NCBI GenBank assembly: GCA_964016885.1 | Contig: OZ024740.1 | Span: 386,942,001-387,006,000 of the forward strand | DNA from: Eledone cirrhosa | Lineage: Eukaryota | Length of the DNA: 64,000 nt | Reading direction: 5' to 3' | In this document: positions 1 to 11,000 of the stretch, one piece after another | Layout: the number at the start of each line of letters is the position of its first letter | Numbering within the stretch: the stretch's first letter is position 1 | Program-made: the position numbers and the translations under genes | Notes under the pieces: model-generated | What the model was told of the DNA's origin: nothing | The model's database searches: none | Seen by the model: only the letters and a program-made list of their open reading frames with translations

Positions 1-59
1 GGACAGCATGTGCAGTGTCGGTGCCACGTAAGCAGAAAAACATCCCAAAAGTGCAATTT

Positions 60-1555
60 GGGAGACTGCAGCAGTCCGTCTTGCCAGGAAAGAACGTTGT
101 AATGCTGAACGTGAGTGCAAACTGCATAAATCAGTTATCAATAGGAAGAAGTGAAATAAATCATCCAACCATCTCAAGCAGGTGACAAAAAAAGCAGTGT
201 GTGAATTTGAACAGCGCATAGCAACCAGCCCTGACAGTAAGGTGTTCTGGAAGTATGTTCACTCAAAGCAGAGGCCTCACTCTCCAGTTGGTCCTCTTCG
301 CAATCCCCACACAAGCCAGATTACTGACGACCCCAAGGAATGCGCAGAACTCATTGCTGAATGCTATGCATGCATTTTCACTGTTGAAGACCAAAGTGTA
401 TCATCTCCACCACCTCTGACATCAGATTCTATTACAACTATGGAATTTACACCTGCAATGCTGCGACGTCACCTTAAAAATAAACGCAACCATGCCTCTC
501 CTGGTCTTGATGGTGTTACATACCTGCTTCTCAAACGCGGTGGGTATATCCTTCTGCACCAGCTATCACGCTTCTTCCAATTTTGTCTGAACACGGTGCT
601 ACTCCGGAGCAGTGGAAAACTGCCAGTGTCATTCCTCTGTTCAAAAAGGGTGACCGCATGTCACCTGTCAACTATCGTCTAGTTAGTCTTACTAGCTGCA
701 TTGCCAAACTGATGGAATCCTGTGTCAGAGAAACACTTTGGAACTTCTGGAACTCTCACAGTCTTAGCCACTCTTCGCAATTTGGATTTATCTCTAACTC
801 CAGCTGCTGTGATCAACTTATTGAGTTTCTTGAAGACATCACCCAGATCACTAATGGCGGCTCATGGGTGGATGTTGTTTGCCTTGACTTTGCTAAAGCT
901 TTCAATGCTGTGTCACACAAAAGACTTATGGTAAAACTCTCTGCAATGGGTTTGAAGGATGATCTTTTTAACTGGTTGAAGTCCTTCATTTTCAGTCGAA
1001 GAGCGGTAGTCATGGTTCTAGGACAGCATTCCTCACCATATAAGATGTCATCCCTGTGGTATGTACCACAGGGATCTGTTCTTGGTCCCCTTTTGTTTGT
1101 GGCATAGATGCCAACTTAAAGAATGCCACTAAAATATGCAGATGACATCAAGCTGTACCTTGAGATAAAAAGGACAGATCCTGAACACTATAGATTTTTC
1201 CTGCAATCAGACCTGGACACAATGCAATAATGGATCACGGACTGGCAATTCAAGTTGGCTGTGTACCCATGACTTTCGGGAACATTTTTTCACGCTCAGA
1301 GTTGCTGAAGCATGGAACAAACTTCCTGCATCAGTTATTAGCTGTCAAGACACTGCATCCTTTAAAACCTCCATGCTTCTTGAAATTCGCCAACACTACA
1401 CCTGATGTCCCCTCTCCATACACACGCACACATGTATTTCATGACTCGTACACTGTTTATTTTCCTGACATTTGAATATTATTCTATGTACTATACATTC
1501 ACCTTTGATGAATTGTAGTGCACCTGAGCACTATACACAATAATTTCATTATCAT
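60..1555 (+). mobile_element. Degraded CR1-like LINE (RT region plus 3' end, internal deletion near 1262)
   Basis: Frameshifted ORFs 182-682 and 583-1107 carry PLFKKGDR..NYRLVSLTS, DFAKAF, QGSVLGPLLF, and YADD follows at about 1135-1146. The 3' end with (ATT/ATC)n tail matches a second copy at about 27220-27520. Confidence 0.85.
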
Positions 1556-1870
1556 CATCATCATCGTTTAACGTCCATCTTCCACGCTAGCATGGGTTAG
1601 ACGGGAGTTGTGCCACTTGAGGTAAGGTTGGTCGGGTGACCGTGTCTCGCTCATATAGGACTATCTGGCAGGTTTTCTACAGTTGGATGCCCTTCCTAAC
1701 ACCAACCACGTAACAGTGTGGAACTGGGAACTTTTTACCATGTTACCTACACGGCCACATTACAGCGTGGACTGCGAGTAGTTTTTTTTTTTTTTTTTTT
1801 TTTGTGACACCTACACGATCTCAATCTCATTATCTTATTTATTTGGACTGGATGTTGTGGTACCAACTTT
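1553..1870 (-). mobile_element. RTE-LINE 3' UTR/tail fragment (or SINE sharing that tail)
   Basis: Reverse complement matches the 3' UTR and (ATG)n tail of the RTE at about 39570-39991. Similar pieces lie at about 2500-2640, 2690-2880, 25176-25350 and 33150-33420. Confidence 0.75.
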
Positions 1871-2050
1871 ACAGAGTAGAGAGTGTGTGTTTATCAAGTT
1901 ACAGGGAATACCACTAGCATATCTCTATATTATATTTGAAGAGCCCAGGATTCTTTTTCCTTTGAGCTCATGAATTACAGGGACTAACACGAGTTTCTGA
2001 CTCTGTTACTTCATTTTGTATATATATGTATATGTGTATATATATATATC

Positions 2051-2495
2051 ATAAACGGAAAAAGTGAAACAAAATTTCATTTCCCACTCTTAGTACTGCT
2101 GTTACTTAAATATAAGTATGTACACGTACATACATATATGTATACAGACGTACAGTAGTATGTATATATATATACATACATGCACACATATATATATGTA
2201 CGTATGGATTCACCGAACATTTATTATAATGCTCGATGTGTTTGTAAACAAACGTCCCGTATTAAGCCGTAGTGTCCAGCAACCATCGTTGCTCATTTGT
2301 TCAACACTGACAAAGGAATGCTGTACTAGTTTCAAGCTTATTAGCTATCGTCAGCAACGTATACCTTCCTGCCAGATTACCTTATGCATATAAACGGCTG
2401 AGTAGCCCAATTTGCATATCGAGTGGGTTAATCGGCCGGGTGCACCGAAAACGATAAACAGAAAAAATGAAACGAAATTTCATTTCCCACTCTTA
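2051..2495 (-). mobile_element. 403-bp unit with 42-bp terminal direct repeat, embedded in (TA)n, carrying a hammerhead motif (retrozyme/Penelope-like)
   Basis: Direct repeats at 2051-2092 and 2454-2495 (ataaacRgaaaaaRtgaaacRaaatttcatttcccactctta), TA runs on both sides, and a hammerhead core at 2318-2360. Confidence 0.65.
2318..2360 (-). ncRNA. Minimal type I hammerhead ribozyme motif
   Basis: The minus strand reads ACGUUG-CUGACGA-U-AGCU-AAUA-AGCU-U-GAAA-C-UA-G-UA/CAGCAU. This gives the CUGANGA and GAAA cores, stem II, a palindromic stem III (ACUAGU), a GUA triplet and stem I (GUUG/CAGC). Confidence 0.65.
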
Positions 2496-2884
2496 TATAT
2501 ATCATCATCATTTAACGTCCATCTTCCATGCTAGCATGGGTTAGACGGTTTTGTTCCATTTGATGCGGGAATGGTCGTACGGAAGTGTCTCTGGCAGGTT
2601 TTTTTTACCGTGTCTTCTACACGACCACCTGACTGTTTTGTCATCGAACATATAGTGTTTTTTCGTTTCTATATTATACATATATATTCATCATTTTACG
2701 TCCGCTTTTCCCTGCTTGCAAAGGTGGGATGGGAACTGATTCTGGCTTGATTTCTACAGCTGGATGCCCTTCCTAATACCAACCTCATTTACAGTGAGTG
2801 CTGTGTGCTTTTTTTACCATGGCGCCTACACGTCCACTTTACAGTGTGGGCTGGGTGCTTTTTTCTTGTGACACCTCCACATCC

Positions 2885-3010
2885 CATTTTTACAGCTGAG
2901 TAAACTGGAGCAATGCTCAAGGAAACAACACATCACCTGGTCTGAGAATTGAACTCACAACCTTTCGATTGCAAGGCCAATGCTCTAACCACTAAGCCAT
3001 GTGCCTCCAT
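2885..3010 (-). mobile_element. tRNA-derived SINE with CORE-like domain (partial)
   Basis: Reverse complement gives a tRNA-like head (ggcttagtggttagagc...gagttcaattc) plus a CORE-like segment. A longer copy is at 60666-60975. Confidence 0.65.
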
Positions 3011-3019
3011 GTATGTATA

Positions 3020-3020
<1 letters not shown>

Positions 3021-3102
<82 letters not shown>
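3021..3102. repeat. Compound (GT)n(AT)n(AG)n microsatellite
   Basis: Read directly from the sequence. Confidence 0.95.
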
Positions 3103-3108
<6 letters not shown>

Positions 3109-3233
3109 ATAACTTCTTAACTATTTGCCCAAATTACATAAATTACATAAATTATTTAGAATATACTTAATGAAATAAAAATCATAAAAATGAGATTTAA
3201 AAATAATGCCTTTCTTTCTATCTTTTTGTTTAG

Positions 3234-3390
3234 GCCAATGAAAATACTGACTGGTTGTCTTGCTGTTATTGTTATTGCTATCAATCTTTTCTTTGTGGTA
3301 ATCTATATGAAGACTCTTCCAGCACACTGGGCAGTTTATTTATTTGTCATCCTTGGTACTGTATTATATTTGTTGTTTGTTATATATTTG
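3234..3390 (+). CDS. SLC11A2: NRAMP/DMT1-family metal transporter, exon encoding TM11-TM12
   Basis: Acceptor ttttgtttag and donor gtaagt. PMKILTGCLAVIVIAINLFFVVIYMKTLPAHWAVYLFVILGTVLYLLFVIYL resembles the SLC11 C-terminal helices (INMYFV..YL.FV.YL). The symbol is family-level only. Confidence 0.85.
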
Positions 3391-3464
3391 GTAAGTACTT
3401 TCTCTTTTTCTCTCTTTCTTTTTTTCATTTTTTTGTGGCCTTCACTTTTTATCTTTATTTTTCT

Positions 3465-5385
3465 CTGTTAAGTTGATCCTGTCGCCTGCAAATTCCAGCC
3501 AACTAATTTTACACCTGCCAGGTGTGATACCACTTCGAACCTGGCTGTGCATGTCAATTCTGTTCATGAAAATAATGAATAAGGGAGGTGACAGTATGCA
3601 CCCTTGACAGAGTCTGACTCCCACATTGAATGGTTTTGATTTAACACCATTTATCTGAACACAAATACTTGGGCATTTGTATAGAGACATCAGGGCAGCA
3701 AGAAGCTGACCATTGATCCCATACACTGGCAGAACTTTCCACAGCAGGTCCCGAGGAATGCAGTCATATACCTTTTTGATGTTGACAAAGCAAGAGTATA
3801 TCTCTTAGCAATACTTTCACAATTACTCGAAGACCTGCTGCAGTGTGGATATTTGGTTGACTGTGCTGCATCCAGGGCAAAAATGCACTGTTCATTAGCT
3901 AACTTGGACTTAAGAATCTCCCAATATCTCTTTGCCAAACACTTAGCATAGATGTTACTGGGGAGGTCTAACTAGGAGATCCCTATATAATTGGAACAAT
4001 CTCTTTTGTTTCCCCTTTTGAAAATTGGGATTATTACTCCCGATTGCCATTGTTTAGGTACCATTCTAGAAATCCAGGCCATCCGGCACACACAAGTCAG
4101 CCAAAGAATACCTTCTCTATTTAGGGCTTTTAACATCTCAGGCTGGATTTCATCTTCCTCGGCAGCCACATTTGAGCTCTTTAACTGCTCTTGTGACCTC
4201 AGCCTCTGAGAGATTAGTCACCACTCCCAGATGCACCTCGTGTACATCAGAAGATGGTGTTGTGATTGAGTTTTGGAGATCAGCAAATTATTCACTCCAC
4301 CTTGCTAGGATGCATCTCTCTGAAGAGAGAACCCCAGACATGTTCCTGATAGCAGGTGTGGAGGAGGACTTATTATTATGAAGTCGGTGAATGGTCTGCC
4401 AGAACACTTTATTTGCTGATCTAAAGTTGGATTCCATCTTCACCCAAAAGTCCTCCCATGGATGCCTTTACTGTCTCTGCTGTGATTATTTGTGCCTGCT
4501 TGTACTGCAAGTGCAAGGAGAACTTATTTCCAAGCCAATCTTTGTAGGCCTCCTTCTTTGTTCGGATGGCATCTTTGACCTCTTGATTGAACCAAGGGGT
4601 CCTCCTGCCATCCGAAGCCATGTCAAGTCTCTTTCACCTACAGCATTTAACAGCTGTAGTAGAAACTGCTGAACTGAACAGTCTCAATGTCCTCCGTTTT
4701 CTCAGAGTATTTTCTGAATTTGGATGCAATAGTATCTGCATACCTGGTCCTAACTTCCTTATCCACCAATGCTTCCCACTTTATCCTGCTAGTTTTGTGG
4801 GCTTCTTTGGTTTTAGGTAGTTTCAAGTTGCAGATAACTAGGTGGTGATCAGTTGACAGCTCAGCCCTCTCTTAACACGAACATCCAGCACAGAATCGAA
4901 GAGATTGGAGACGATAACAAATCAATTATTGATCTCTGCCCCTGATTCCCCTTATACCATGTATATTTATGGATGTCGTTGTGCTGGAAGAAAGTGTTCA
5001 TAATAGAGAGTCCATTGCTACAACAGAAGTCTAATAAGGCCTCGCCTTTTGTATTTAGATTAGGGTCATCATTCCTTTCAATCACTCCTTTCCATGCCAG
5101 GTGGTCTGGGCCAGCATGTGCATTGAATCATATATCCAATCAGGATATATGATTCAGTTTTAACTACATCTAATGCTGCAGTGACTTCACCAAGGAAGGA
5201 TCTTTTTTCAGACTCCTTGTTTGGTGCATAAACTGGCACCACTCACAGACTTATCTTTCAGCCTAAGCTTTAAGCTTCATGTGGCAAATCCTCCTTCCTA
5301 ATGGGATCCAGTCCATAACACATTCTGACAGCCAGGGGCTTGTGAGTATCCCCACTCCCACTTCTGCAGTTGATATGGTGTTACT
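3465..5385 (-). mobile_element. RTE-clade LINE, inverted 5' segment (APE endonuclease to RT catalytic motif)
   Basis: Minus-strand ORF fragments VGILTSPWLSECV, MNTFFQH..HKYTW, PWFNQEVK, PIFKRGNKRDCSNY and QGCILSPPLF...EFAGD. Confidence 0.85.
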
Positions 5386-6082
5386 TAACTCGACAGAAGG
5401 TGATCTCTGACTTGCATTTGATAGGTTTGATGCTAAGTGCTGCATGGCTGGAATGGAAATCAGTGCTGTGAAAACTGAGACTCTCATCCTCTCAAGGAAG
5501 CCTGCGCAATGCACTCTACTTATGAATGGAGTTCCACTGAAGCAGGTAGAGAAGTTTAAGTATCTTAAGGCTGTGTTCTTGAGTAATGGAAGGCAGGAGG
5601 CTGAATTAAGTGCAAGAATTGCAGGAGCTCGTGCAGTAATGCGCCAGCTTCAGCATTCAGTAATCAGAAGAAGGGAGGTAGGTGTAAAAGCCAAACTTGC
5701 TATCTATGTGCCAACCCTTACCTATGGTCATGAATCTTGGGTAATGACCAAAAGAATACAATCATGAATACAAGCAGCTTAAATGGGGTTCTTCCGAAGG
5801 GTCTTTGGAGTAACATTATTTGATAGAGTGCATAGCTCGGAGATCAGAGAGTCACTTCAATTAGAGCTGCTACTTCTCTGAATTGAGAGATCACAGCTCT
5901 GATATCATGGGCATGTGGTTAGAATGTCTCAGGAAATAATTGGTGGACAGATTTTACAGGCAAAACCAACTGGAGATCCAGCTGGATCATTTGGAGATGG
6001 TTGCTTCTGACAGGATCTGCTGTAAAGAGTGTTTGAGGACTCTGTCCCCATGTCCTTTTGGGAATAAGTTGGTGAAGAAGTT
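5384..6082 (+). mobile_element. RTE-clade LINE, non-inverted 3' segment
   Basis: ORF 5444-5767 contains AGMEIS..KTE, VEKFKYL and PTLTYGHESW. It continues the protein from the point where the inverted segment stops. Confidence 0.85.
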
Positions 6083-6285
6083 TATCATCACTAGTAAAGT
6101 AGACTTGTACTCCATGTTACTAAGTTGTTTAAATATCGTGTTTAACCAACTTAGTAACTAGTTACTAAGGTGTTTAAGTATAGTGTTTAGCCAGCTTGGT
6201 AACCTGTTGCTAAGAGGTTTAGACATATTTTCTTTAAAAAAGAAAAAAATTTCCTTATCATTTTCTCTCTATTATATTTTTCCAG

Positions 6286-6336
6286 ACATACTTCTGTTTA
6301 CTCACAATGGGTGTTCAGTGCCTTCTAAAGCTACCA
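6286..6336 (+). CDS. SLC11A2: NRAMP penultimate coding exon (TYFCLLTMGVQCLLKLP)
   Basis: Acceptor tttttccag, donor gtaagt, phase 0-0. It corresponds to the W.CL.ALG segment after TM12 in SLC11 proteins. Confidence 0.75.
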
Positions 6337-8134
6337 GTAAGTATTTTTGAACTTTTTTTCTTAAATATGTCTTCTACAGTCAAGGCCTATGTTTCACTGC
6401 CCTGTAGCATCGAAGTTTGCATGCAGTCCACTCTTTTCTCTGAGAGAGAAGCCCTTTGTTGTCAGCAGAGCCACTAGTTCCCTAAACTTCTTACTTTAGC
6501 TACCACACTTTCTGAGCATCCACCTCAACTGCTAAGTGTTGAGCAGACTCTTTAATTCTGTCAAGGATATGACAACCTTTCTCGTGTTGATGGCACAATA
6601 AAACATATCCAATACACTTTGTAAAGTGATTGAAGATAGGAAAGGCATCCAGCCATAGAAAACTTGCCAACCTAATTGTTGAGAGGTCTCTTTAGTTGTG
6701 TCAAAGACACAACAACCTTCCTAGTGCTGGAGCTATGATAAAATGCCCTCAGTGCAGGAATGTATGTAAACGAGTTTCAGAAAAGTCAGTAGCTCTGATT
6801 AAGTACTGATTCCATCTCTGATGACCTGTCCAACTCTTGCTGGCAGGCCAAGTAGATGATGATGATGATAAACGTTAAATAAAATGAAATTAATAAAAAT
6901 ATACTTCATCATAAAGCTTTGCCTTCGAATGTTGTGCTTTGTACAGAAAGAGACACTGACTCTTTCAAAAAGCCAAATTTAGTTTTTCCGAAGGTTCCCC
7001 ACCCATGACTTTACCTTTTTCTTTAGTTCAGGTACCTTAGGACTACATTATTTCAATGCATCCTTTGCTATGAGAGTAGGGGAAATATGATAGTAGGGAA
7101 ATTTGGCTGCTATTTTCTAGAAGGTCATGCGACTACATAAGGACTCCCTCATTGACTCATCATTAGATATGTATCTGGAAGTAATGAATGACTTTGTGCG
7201 TTGTTAAATCCAGAAGATATCACAGCAGTATCATCTGTTAGTAATTGGATCCTACATCATAGCTTTAGCTGTTATGATAAGCTAAGGTAGTATCTTATGA
7301 TAAGAGCATAATAGTGTAAAAAAGATAGACATTGACAAGTAAGAGAGATTTTACAGTAGAATATGTTATCAAAGGGAAATATACACTCAAGCACAGATAC
7401 CTTAGATAAGATTCAGTGAGGAGCATTCCAGACAATATCTAACTTAACATAGTATCACTTGCTTTAGTCAATATTACATACACTGTACATTTTTATTTTT
7501 TCTTCAATCAAAGAATTATTGCTTAGGGAATTTTCTTTAATATATTGTGACCAATTCTTATATAATATATTGCTGTGTAATAATGATTTCTTCTTTTGAA
7601 AGCAGTTCCTTAAGAGGGGCTTTGGAAATATTTTATAATATTTAGAGATATTGTATTGATTTCTAGCACATTTTATGGGCCACCATCATTGATTAAATCA
7701 ACCCCTGTATTTGACATGTACTTTATTTTATTACCAACCCTATTTCAGAATGATAAAAAGCAAAGTTTACCTGGGTGGGATTTGAGCTAAGAAAGTAAAG
7801 GGCCATAACTAAACGCCACAAGGCATTTTGTCTGATTCTAATGATTCTGCCATCAACCTTCTATATTACACTAGTATTGATTTGACTAGGCACCTGGCTA
7901 ATATTTTATATAAGGAAGAATGTATTTGACAGACTCTCAACTTCAGTAGAATTTTTTCTCACCCAGTCGTTTATTGCCTTAGCTATTAGCAGTAGCTCAA
8001 TAGTTCATTACAGTTGAATTAATAACAACTTACATCATTATTAGTTTTTTTAACCAATTTTAGTTCTAGAATTTTTGTATATTTTATGTTTCATTAATTT
8101 TATTTATTTTTACTTTTTATTTTTTTCATTTCAG

Positions 8135-8236
8135 TGTTCAAATACCCTTGGTATGAAATATGATTTGAATAATAAAACTGAGTCAGAAATTTCAATTGAT
8201 AACTTATCCAGCTCTTACAGAAGTTTAAATGATTAA
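8135..8236 (+). CDS. SLC11A2: NRAMP probable terminal coding exon (CSNTLGMKYDLNNKTESEISIDNLSSSYRSLND*)
   Basis: Long pyrimidine tract plus cag acceptor, phase 0, open to TAA at 8234-8236. No family-specific homology supports this tail. Confidence 0.55.
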   Translation, partial: CSNTLGMKYDLNNKTESEISIDNLSSSYRSLND

Positions 8237-8542
8237 TAATAATTATTTTATATATATATATTTTTAAAGAAATAATTAACAGGAAATATTTTTCAAATTT
8301 TCATCTTTCATTTGGAAAATGGCACAAACATGTTATCATAAAACATTTTATAATTTCAAACCATGAACATTACATCTCTAACATAATAATAACATGTAAG
8401 AATGTGGAATGATATATATCTGTAAATTTCCAAGTGTACGAACTATTGCTATCTGCCTTAACAAATGATCAATTAACTGATTGTTACCCCAGAAAATCAT
8501 AGAATCTAAATTACCAATCAAAAATGGACAAAAATTTGTGTG

Positions 8543-8574
<32 letters not shown>

Positions 8575-8661
8575 AATTTTGTATACATTTTTGGGGAAAA
8601 CCCTGTATATGTATGTGTGTATATATATATATATATATACACATATATACACACACATATA

Positions 8662-8795
8662 CAGGGTTTCCCAAAAATGTATACACACTTTAACCTCATT
8701 CTAATAAATATTGCTTGTAGAGGTAATTGCTTGATGATGTAATATTTATTGTAGAGGTAATCAAAGTGTGTATACATTATTTTTGAACACCCTGT
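8662..8795. mobile_element. Tc1/mariner-type MITE with CAGGG.. TIRs in (TA)n
   Basis: TIRs cagggtttcccaaaaatgtatacacacttt and aaagtgtgtatacattatttttgaacaccctg, with TA on each side. An extra solo TIR is at 8581-8605. Confidence 0.7.
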
Positions 8796-10447
8796 ATATA
8801 TATATATATAGTAATAACATATATATATATATATGTTATTACTAGTCTCGCCGAAGCTAATTGGCTTTTCAAAACACACACAAATATATATATTTTTATA
8901 GATTTTATTTCTTTAAGATGCAAAATATTTATCTAAACTAAGTGATTTTCTTAATGTTATCAAAAGGACTGAGCTACTGTGTCTTAGTTTGTCAAACAAC
9001 AGTTGAACTACACTGTAAGTGTTGTTTGTCAAACATCATACTTTGACTGCATTATGAAGTTGCATTTCAGTTTTCCATATTGAAGTTTTCCATGAGTTAT
9101 CCCTTTAAATACCTATGTACTATGTACAGTAAGATATATACTGTCTTAAAGAATTATGTACAGCTAAAATATATTTTTGTAGCATAAAATTCTCAGTGTC
9201 ATGTTTTTAAGGTGGCGTGGGGGGTGTCACAATCTGTCTGTCCATTGCAGTTGATTTTTTTTCCCTCTAAATATCACAAGCAGTTTTTTCATCTCTTTTA
9301 ATATACTCCTTTTTTCATATCTAAAAACATGAGCACAAAAATGTGAAAATAGGCACTGTTGGTTTTATTTTACTAAATTATATTTTAAACTTATATACAT
9401 GTCTGTATATACATTCATATCTATGTATATATATATATATATGTATATATATATAACAAACGCAGGGTGTCCATGTAAGGTTGGATTTAAACATGAAATG
9501 TAATATATGTTCCATAAGCAGGGCCTTCAAAAGAATGTTTTCTTTGAAGCCTTGAAGGGAGCAGAGTTTCTTTTTTTTTTTTTAGGTGGGGCTGTCGGCT
9601 ATTAGCAAGCTTCTGTTTGAAACACCACTTACACAACTAATGTACCAGATCTTATAGATCCTGCCCATAAGACTGACAGGCTTATGGAACACACGCTGTA
9701 GGTATTTGTTAGACACACAAGAAGTGTTTCAAGCCCATTTTCCCTGCTAAAGCTGGGGTTTGTCTTGCAGGCCCTGTGACAAGTTTCATATTCACTATGG
9801 GGTACTTTTACAGGCAATATTTTACAGACGCCCTTCCTTGTGTCAACTTTTTTAGTTGTCGATATTTCTTAAATAAGAGTTTAAAATATTATAAGACTTG
9901 TCAAAGAGTCTGGGTGAGGGACTAACAGGAATGATAAACTGACCAAGTTGATCACTTAGGCATGTGGTTTAATTTCTGTTGGGTGAAACAAGAATAATCA
10001 AAAACAAGGTTACTACCAAAGATTTATGAACAATAAACTAAGCGAGCTACAAAAATATGACCAAGATTCAATAGTTATTTTTCATACTGCCGTCTAGGTT
10101 TTTTAAATGTATTTTATCAAGGTTTAGTGGCTGTACATAGAATATGCTGTAATGGTTCCTATCCATCGACTAGGAAAATTTGATACAATACTCAAATATT
10201 CGTGAGAGTAAAAGATATATTCATGAGAGTAAAAGATATATTTTCATTTGTTTTTGAATGCTGATAAAGGGAGCATTTAAAGAAATCACATCACCGAGCC
10301 AATATGAGCTGCTAAAGAGCAAAGTTGTAAATGTAAATTTTAAAATGATTATTAAAAAAAAAAATATTGTCCTTATTTTTGAGATTTTGTTTTTCTTTTA
10401 TTTAAAATTACACATTATTTTGTAGTATGTATTTATATATATAATCA

Positions 10448-10592
10448 TGGGTAGAGGTGGTGAGAGCTGACCCCAGATTGCTGAAGCTCACAGAGGAGAT
10501 GAAGGACCATGAAGAATGGAGAGATATTGTGCTGAATAGGACCCGTCCACTCTTGCAAGTAAGGAAACGCAGACGTAAATTGATGATGATGA
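10448..10592 (+). mobile_element. RTE LINE 3' end fragment
   Basis: W.EVVRAD..LLKLTEEMKDHEEWR plus an (ATG)n tail. Same family as 17845-18670 and about 61160-61280. Confidence 0.75.
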
Positions 10593-10637
10593 TATACATC
10601 ATGCATATACATAAATATATATACCTATATATATATA

Positions 10638-11000
10638 CAGGGTGAACCCCCAAAATAACGCTCCATTTTATTTTTGTCTACATTATTTATTATGTGCCAA
10701 AAACTGATGAAACTGAATATATCTTGGTCAAACCATTGAAACATCATATCTAAAATTCACTATCTTCTGATGTTTGTATCCTGAGTTACAGTACATGTTC
10801 CAAGTGATCCCCCAATTGAATCCATGCATTTTTTTGAGGTGCATGGTGAAGCTTAGAATAATTAATAGCTTTACAAACAGGCCTAGGGATGGCTTTGATC
10901 TCCTCCCTGATGTTTTTCTTTAGTTCAGAGATGGCCCTGAGTTTAATGACATATATACTGTCCTTCAGATACCCACAAAGAAAGAAATCTGCCATAGAAA
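10638..11000 (-). mobile_element. Tc1/mariner transposase C-terminal remnant with TIR
   Basis: DFFLCGYLKDSIY...ELKKNIREEI...GDHLEHVL matches the DFFLWGYLK..GGHFEH C-terminus of mariner-like transposases. It ends in TA-CAGGGTG. Confidence 0.75.

Noticed and set aside
9185-9210. CAGTGT as a possible iron-responsive element in the NRAMP 3' region
   Set aside because: The flanking 5-mers do not pair and there is no C-bulge stem. The CAGTGA near 11752 also fails.
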